From Myxococcota bacterium (GTDB taxonomy: Bacteria > Myxococcota_A > UBA9160 > UBA4427): a DNA stretch of 64,000 nucleotides. The notes under the pieces are model-generated. The model was not told the origin of the DNA and ran no database searches. It saw only the letters and a program-made list of their open reading frames with translations. Shown piece by piece: positions 59,098 through 64,000 of the stretch (position 1 is the first letter of the stretch; each line of letters begins with the position of its first letter). The stretch covers positions 4,512,001 through 4,576,000 of the forward strand of contig OZ252299.1 in assembly GCA_965250285.1 (NCBI GenBank), in the 5' to 3' direction. Both the position numbers and the translations under genes were made by a program.

Positions 59098-59433
59098 TCA
59101 GCCCGGGAGCGGACCATCCCAGGCGGTGATGACGACTTCGTTGATGTGGCAGCCGGTGCGGTTCGACCAGAGGTCGCCGACGCTGCGCAGAAACGCTTCG
59201 CGCTCGTCGGAGGGGTAGTCCACCGGCACGCTGCGAATGATCAGCGACGACGTGCTCGGCTCGCCGGCCGTCCACGCCCAGCCCTTCTTCATGACGACCC
59301 AGTCGACCTCGGTGTCGCTCGGGTCGTCGCCGAAGCGCTCGACGCCGATCGCGCGCAGCTCGGCCTCGAGCGTCGCCTTCTCGCGCTCGGCGGCCTGCCC
59401 TTCCTGAATGATGCACGTGTACTTCTTCGTCAT
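59098..59433 (-). CDS. Hypothetical protein, possibly tautomerase-like fold without Pro1
   Basis: GAGGG RBS; MTKKYTCIIQEG...EREAFLRSVGDLWSNRTGC..NEVVI. Confidence 0.65.
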   Translation of the reverse strand: MTKKYTCIIQEGQAAEREKATLEAELRAIGVERFGDDPSDTEVDWVVMKKGWAWTAGEPSTSSLIIRSVPVDYPSDEREAFLRSVGDLWSNRTGCHINEVVITAWDGPLPG

Positions 59434-59486
59434 GGGGCCCTCGGTTCGGTGCCGCAGGGTCACGCGGCGGCCGCGGTGCGGGCCCC

Positions 59487-60608
59487 CTATTCTGCCTCGT
59501 CGACGGCGTCGACACCAACGCGGTGCGGGAGCACGTCGGAGAACGCCCTTCCGTAGATCTCCCATACCGTGATGAACAGCGCCGCGATGATCGGGCCGAT
59601 CACGATGCCGAGCGCCCCGAAGAGCACGAGCCCCCCGAGCGTCGAGAGCAAGATCATCAGGTCGGGCATCTTGGCGTCGCGCCCGACGAGCACCGGGCGC
59701 AGCACGTTGTCGGCGGTGCCCACGACGGCGATGCACCAGAGCGCCAGACCGACGGCGGCGACGACCTTGCCGATGGCGACGAGGTAGATCACTGCCGGTA
59801 CCCAGACGAGGGCCGTGCCGAGGCCGGGGATGATCGAGAGGATCGCCATCAGCGTGCTCCAGAACGCGACGCCCTCGATCCCCACGACCCAGAACGCCGC
59901 ACCGGCCAGCCCGCCCTGCACGATGCCGATCACCAGCGTGCCCTTCAGCGTCGCGCGGGTCACCGAGACGAAGCGCTCGACCAGCAGATCTTCTTCTTCG
60001 TTGCCGAGCGGCACGTAGTAGAGGATCTGATCCATCACCTTCTTGCCGTCCTTCAAGAAGAAGAACATCGCGTAGAGCATGATGAACAGCGTGATGAAGA
60101 AGCTGACCGTGCCCTTCGCCGCCGCGGTCAGCACCGCGACGAAGAACGCACCGATCCGACCGGCCCACTCGCCGATCTTGCTCGCGATCTGACTCTGGTA
60201 GGGCGCGATCTCGCGCTCGATCCACTCGGGCAACGGCAGGCTGTTGAACAGCGCGTTGCGTTCGTGGGGCGCGGCGAGGTTCTCGTTCACCCAGGGCCCG
60301 ACCGACTGGCTGACCTGCAGCGCTTCGCTGGTGACGATCGTGAAGAAGAACGTGACCGGGCCGATGATCACCAGCAGCACGAGCAGGATCGTGACGACCG
60401 ATGCGGCGTTCTCGCGCCCCCCGAGCGCCTTGGCCAGCCGCTTGTAGACGGGCTGGCAGAGACCCGATGCCAACGCGGCGATGAGGATCGCCATCAAGAA
60501 GCTCTGGATCGTCGCGAGAAACGCCAGGCTGATCAGCAACACCAGGGCGATGAGAAAACCCTTCTGGAAGCGTTCACCCTCGCGTCGCGGGGCCGCGCCC
60601 TCCGACAT
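59487..60608 (-). CDS. AI-2E family transporter
   Basis: FFFLKDG, IIPGLGTALVWVP, DNVLRP and GIVIGP. Confidence 0.92.
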   Translation of the reverse strand: MSEGAAPRREGERFQKGFLIALVLLISLAFLATIQSFLMAILIAALASGLCQPVYKRLAKALGGRENAASVVTILLVLLVIIGPVTFFFTIVTSEALQVSQSVGPWVNENLAAPHERNALFNSLPLPEWIEREIAPYQSQIASKIGEWAGRIGAFFVAVLTAAAKGTVSFFITLFIMLYAMFFFLKDGKKVMDQILYYVPLGNEEEDLLVERFVSVTRATLKGTLVIGIVQGGLAGAAFWVVGIEGVAFWSTLMAILSIIPGLGTALVWVPAVIYLVAIGKVVAAVGLALWCIAVVGTADNVLRPVLVGRDAKMPDLMILLSTLGGLVLFGALGIVIGPIIAALFITVWEIYGRAFSDVLPHRVGVDAVDEAE

Positions 60609-60611
60609 ACC

Positions 60612-61841
60612 TCACTCCTTCTCGGGATCGGCCAGGGTCGTCTCGAACCCGATTGGCTCGTGCTGCCAGGGATAGCCCTCCGCCGCCCGCGACCGCGCGA
60701 ACTCGAAGAGCTCGTTCATGTAGGCGGTGTCGAAGTCTTCGGGGTGCTCGGCGTCGAAGTCGTTCGGGATGTACGCGAGGTTGAAATCCATGCCGAAGCG
60801 CTCGGCCACGGTGTAGATGCGATAGATGTCACCGATGCCACCCGCGGTGAAGAGCATCGAGTTCGAGATGAAGAAGATCGGCAGCGTGCTGCGCGCGACC
60901 TCGGAGCCTTTGTGCTTGAACTGCGCGTTGCGAATCAGATAGACGTGCCGTTCGCGATCCTGCACCAGGTGGCGCTCTTCCATCGCCTCGGCGAACGAGG
61001 GTGGAAAGAGAAAGCTCTGGGCAGCGACGCCCCCGTCGACGTGCAGCTCCTGATAGGGCTGCCCGTCGACCTCGACATCGAAGAGCACGGGCGGGAAGAG
61101 CCCGGGCAGAGACGCGGACGCGAGCAGCACCTTGCGAAAGAGCGCGAGCGCCTCGGGCGATCCGACCCGCGCGATCTCGCCCATGTTCCAGATCACGGGG
61201 CGCCGCGCGTCGAGATCGGCCGTCACCACCATCAGCCAGCGGCCGCGTTCGTACTGCGCGGCCACCTTCTCGAGCAGCGTGTCGTCGACGTGCTCGGCGA
61301 TCAGCGCGGCGAGCGGGGCGCTGTCGGCCATGGCGTCGCCGCGCAGCAGCGACCACATCGATCGCTTCTCGTAGATCTGCTCGGGGCCGATGCCGGTGTA
61401 GACCGCCTTCAGCACGTCGTCGTACTCGTCGCCGACGAACGCGAACGGCGCGATCAGAGAACCTGTGCTCACCCCGGTGACGACGCCGAACTCGGGGCGC
61501 GTCCCCGCCTCGGTCCAGCCGTAGAGCAGGCCCGCGGCGAATGCGCCCTTGTCGCCGCCGCCCGAGATCGCCAGGAAGTGGCGCGGGGCCTCCCCCGTCA
61601 TGCCGCGCGCGGCCCGGTCGGCGGCGCCGCGCTCCTGCGCCGCCGTCGAGTCGGCGATCATGCGTTCGAGGTCTTCGCGCAGGAAGTACCGCGCACCCGG
61701 CACGCCGGGCACGGTCGCCGCAGCCGTGCTGCCCGCCGGCACCGCCGGCCCGCGCTTCGGCTTGGCGCAGCCGACCGAGAGAGTCGTGATCAGCGCCAGG
61801 CTGAGGCCGAGCAGCAGCGCGGTGGCGCGGCGGCAGCTCAT
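60612..61841 (-). CDS. Patatin-like phospholipase lipoprotein
   Basis: Lipobox SVGC, ISGGGDKGAF, GVSTG, ASAS.PG.FPP and DGG. Confidence 0.9.
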   Translation of the reverse strand: MSCRRATALLLGLSLALITTLSVGCAKPKRGPAVPAGSTAAATVPGVPGARYFLREDLERMIADSTAAQERGAADRAARGMTGEAPRHFLAISGGGDKGAFAAGLLYGWTEAGTRPEFGVVTGVSTGSLIAPFAFVGDEYDDVLKAVYTGIGPEQIYEKRSMWSLLRGDAMADSAPLAALIAEHVDDTLLEKVAAQYERGRWLMVVTADLDARRPVIWNMGEIARVGSPEALALFRKVLLASASLPGLFPPVLFDVEVDGQPYQELHVDGGVAAQSFLFPPSFAEAMEERHLVQDRERHVYLIRNAQFKHKGSEVARSTLPIFFISNSMLFTAGGIGDIYRIYTVAERFGMDFNLAYIPNDFDAEHPEDFDTAYMNELFEFARSRAAEGYPWQHEPIGFETTLADPEKE

Positions 61842-61984
61842 CGTCGAATCGATCACGCGCGCGTCCCCCTCGTCGGGAGACGTGCCTGCCCCCCTGCCGA
61901 GAAAGCGTAGCGCCGCGTTCAGCGATCCGACCGGCGCCGCGACGGGTTCTCTGGCCCGTCTGCGCGGGCGTCGAGTGTGAGGAA

Positions 61985-62072
61985 TGGCGGAGAGGGTGGG
62001 ATTCGAACCCACGAGGGCTTGCACCCTGGCGGTTTTCAAGACCGCTGCCTTCAACCGCTCGGCCACCTCTCC
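61985..62072 (-). tRNA. tRNA-Ser(TGA)
   Basis: Anticodon arm GCGGT CTTGAAA ACCGC, long variable arm, TTCGAAT and CCA. Confidence 0.97.
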
Positions 62073-62202
62073 GGATCGGGCGGGAGACTAGCGCGACTCG
62101 CCCGGTCGACGGCGAGACACGCAGAGGGAGATGATAGAGTGGCCCCGCCTCGCGGCGAAGCCGGTACCGGCCGCGCGAGACGGCTGGCGGAGATGAGTTC
62201 GA

Positions 62203-63660
62203 ATGAGCGAGGCAGCCTCGAGCCCGGCGCAGGCGATGCTCGGGCGACGCGTCGGCCCGGGCGCATCTCCCACGCGCATCGGGTGGTGGCTCTTCGTGGC
62301 GTTCGCGCTGCTCTACGTGCTCACGATGCACGGCCGCGCCTTCTCGGACAGCCGCTACCACTTCGAACAGATCGAGACGCTCTACGGCACGGGGCACTTC
62401 GTGATGTGGGAGGGGGGCGGCGAGCCGTTGCCCCGCCGCCTCGAAGCGTGGACCGGCCAAGGCGTCGACGGCCACTGGTACTCGCTGCTGCCGCCGGGCC
62501 AGGCACTCACCGCGACACCGCTCGCCGGGCTCGGCCGTGTCGTCGGCTGGCCCGAGCTTCGCACCGGCGCGCCGGGCGTACATGACGCGCCGATGATGTT
62601 CTGGGCGAGTCTGCTCATGCCGCTCGCGATGGCGGCGATGCTGGTCGCCGTGTTCCACGCCGCCGTCTCTGCGACCGGGCTCGTCTCGCGCGGGCTGCAG
62701 GCGGCCTGCGTGCTCGGCCTCGCGACCAACACCTGGTTCTACGCCACGACCTTCTGGACGCGCCCCCTCGCCGCGGCGTGCCTCGTCGGCAGCCTCGCCC
62801 TCGTGCTGCAGGCGCGCGACCGAACCGGTCGTTGGGGGCTCGCCGGCGCGCTGCTCGGCTGGGCCCTCGTCATCCGGCCCGACATGGTCTTCGCGGCCCC
62901 TTGGCTCGTCGGCCTCGCGTGCGTGCGCGGTCGAGGGCAGTGGCGCGCGCTCGTCGCCTATGTCGCGCCGATCGGCCTCTGCGTTCTGGGGCTCATGCTG
63001 TGGAACGAGCACCGCTTCGGCGACGCATTGAGCACCGGCTCACCGCACCAGACTTCGAGCCATTACAAGCTCCAGTACCTGCGCTGGGAGCTACCGCGCA
63101 TCCTCTTCGGCGAGAAGGGCGGGCTGTTCAGGTACGTGCCGGTCCTCGTGCTGACCGCCTTCGCGATCCCGGCAGCGTGGCGACACCAGCGGGCCGTGCT
63201 CATCACGTGCCTCGGTGCATCGGCGACGCTCGCTGTCTTCTATGCCGCGTACGTGTGGGGACGCTCGGCGCCGCCCATTGCGTGGGGCGGGCGCCATCTC
63301 TACCCGATCGTCCCTCTGCTTCTCTTGCCGGCCTTCATGGTGCGCGACCACGCGCCGCTGCGGCCGATTTGGGCGTGGGTGCTCGTGGGCGCGTCGGTGC
63401 CCTGGCAGCTCTATGGCGTCTGGCAGAAAGAGTCGGTTCAGCCCGTGGTGTGGTGGCTCGACGAGCCGCGACACGCAGTCGCGGCAACGCTGCTCGCTGC
63501 CGCGCTCGCGTTCTCGATCCATCGCCTGGTTTCGTCGCTCGACCTGAAGGGGCCGGCGGCGCCGCCGTCGCCGGGTTCCGAACCGAACCGGGCCGACGCA
63601 TCGGAACGAGCCACGGCACTAGATAAAGAAGGCTCTGGCCCTGCGCCGAGTGCCCCGTAG
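62203..63660 (+). CDS. Polytopic membrane protein, GT-C glycosyltransferase-like
   Basis: About 11 TM segments, acidic first loop (SD), GVDGHWYS, WNEHRFG, GLFRYVP and WGGRHLYP. Confidence 0.65.
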   Translation: MSEAASSPAQAMLGRRVGPGASPTRIGWWLFVAFALLYVLTMHGRAFSDSRYHFEQIETLYGTGHFVMWEGGGEPLPRRLEAWTGQGVDGHWYSLLPPGQALTATPLAGLGRVVGWPELRTGAPGVHDAPMMFWASLLMPLAMAAMLVAVFHAAVSATGLVSRGLQAACVLGLATNTWFYATTFWTRPLAAACLVGSLALVLQARDRTGRWGLAGALLGWALVIRPDMVFAAPWLVGLACVRGRGQWRALVAYVAPIGLCVLGLMLWNEHRFGDALSTGSPHQTSSHYKLQYLRWELPRILFGEKGGLFRYVPVLVLTAFAIPAAWRHQRAVLITCLGASATLAVFYAAYVWGRSAPPIAWGGRHLYPIVPLLLLPAFMVRDHAPLRPIWAWVLVGASVPWQLYGVWQKESVQPVVWWLDEPRHAVAATLLAAALAFSIHRLVSSLDLKGPAAPPSPGSEPNRADASERATALDKEGSGPAPSAP

Positions 63661-64000
63661 GGGGGGGCGCGGTTTTGGGATGCGTGCGCGCGTGGGTATC
63701 GGCGGCCCGCGGCGAGGCCCACGCCATGGCGCGCGAACGCGCGGCGATGCGTGCGCATCGAAACGCCCTTGCTTGAGAGTTGCGTGCTTGCGAATGCCGA
63801 AGTGCCGCCGCGTGCGTGCCCAGGTGGGATTGCCGAGGCGTCGATCTGATATGATCGGCCCGCTCGAGGGCCCGGTGCGCGGCACACCCAGCCCAGAGCC
63901 AAAGCGCCGGCGTCGGCGCACCTCGCACCGCGGCCAGGCGTCGATCGCACCGGGCCGCCCGTCTGCTGCGCCGAGGTCAGAGGTCTCCGAAGATGGCACT

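Noticed and set aside
61842..62066. N-terminal extension of the patatin ORF to 62066
   Set aside because: It overlaps tRNA-Ser(TGA); the signal peptide begins near 61841.
61985..62072. tRNA with 'TGA' as tRNA-Sec serving the selenoprotein
   Set aside because: Anticodon UGA reads UCA (Ser), whereas tRNA-Sec needs anticodon UCA. The structure is a normal tRNA-Ser.
59523..63012. Long ORFs 59523..61910 (+) and 60829..63012 (-), and similar ones such as 27578..30238 and 14512..16269
   Set aside because: They are antisense or off-frame shadows of well-supported genes in GC-rich DNA, Arg/Ala-rich and without motifs.

Overview
GC-rich bacterial DNA, probably from a diderm: it encodes lipoproteins, an outer-membrane beta-barrel and a PilZ protein. 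A Myxococcota/deltaproteobacterial origin is a guess only. About 55 real CDSs sit among many antisense shadow ORFs. Left to right: (1) an ECF sigma/RskA-type anti-sigma module with membrane/lipid-stress genes sharing a GCATCC-N16-CGAA promoter motif; (2) a DUF3556-type membrane protein with a phytoene-dehydrogenase-like oxidoreductase; (3) an orphan TIR (ThsB-like) gene, cspA and a methyltransferase; (4) an AraC module; (5) purE/purK and hspQ; (6) secreted and hydrolase genes; (7) a 12.4 kb redox/detox block between two copies of a structured 89-bp repeat, which includes a UxxC peroxiredoxin-like selenoprotein that the ORF track splits in two; (8) a seven-gene operon with asnB, a divergent carbamoyltransferase, a small peptide, an SSS transporter and two amidohydrolases; (9) three tRNA-Ser genes with a 44-bp hairpin tandem repeat; (10) PilZ, MaoC, a tautomerase pair, AI-2E, patatin and a GT-C-like membrane protein. 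No CRISPR array, integrase, transposase or rRNA was seen. The best leads are the selenoprotein (31818-32993) and the carbamoyltransferase/amidotransferase operon (44321-51508). All family assignments come from motif recognition by eye, not database searches.
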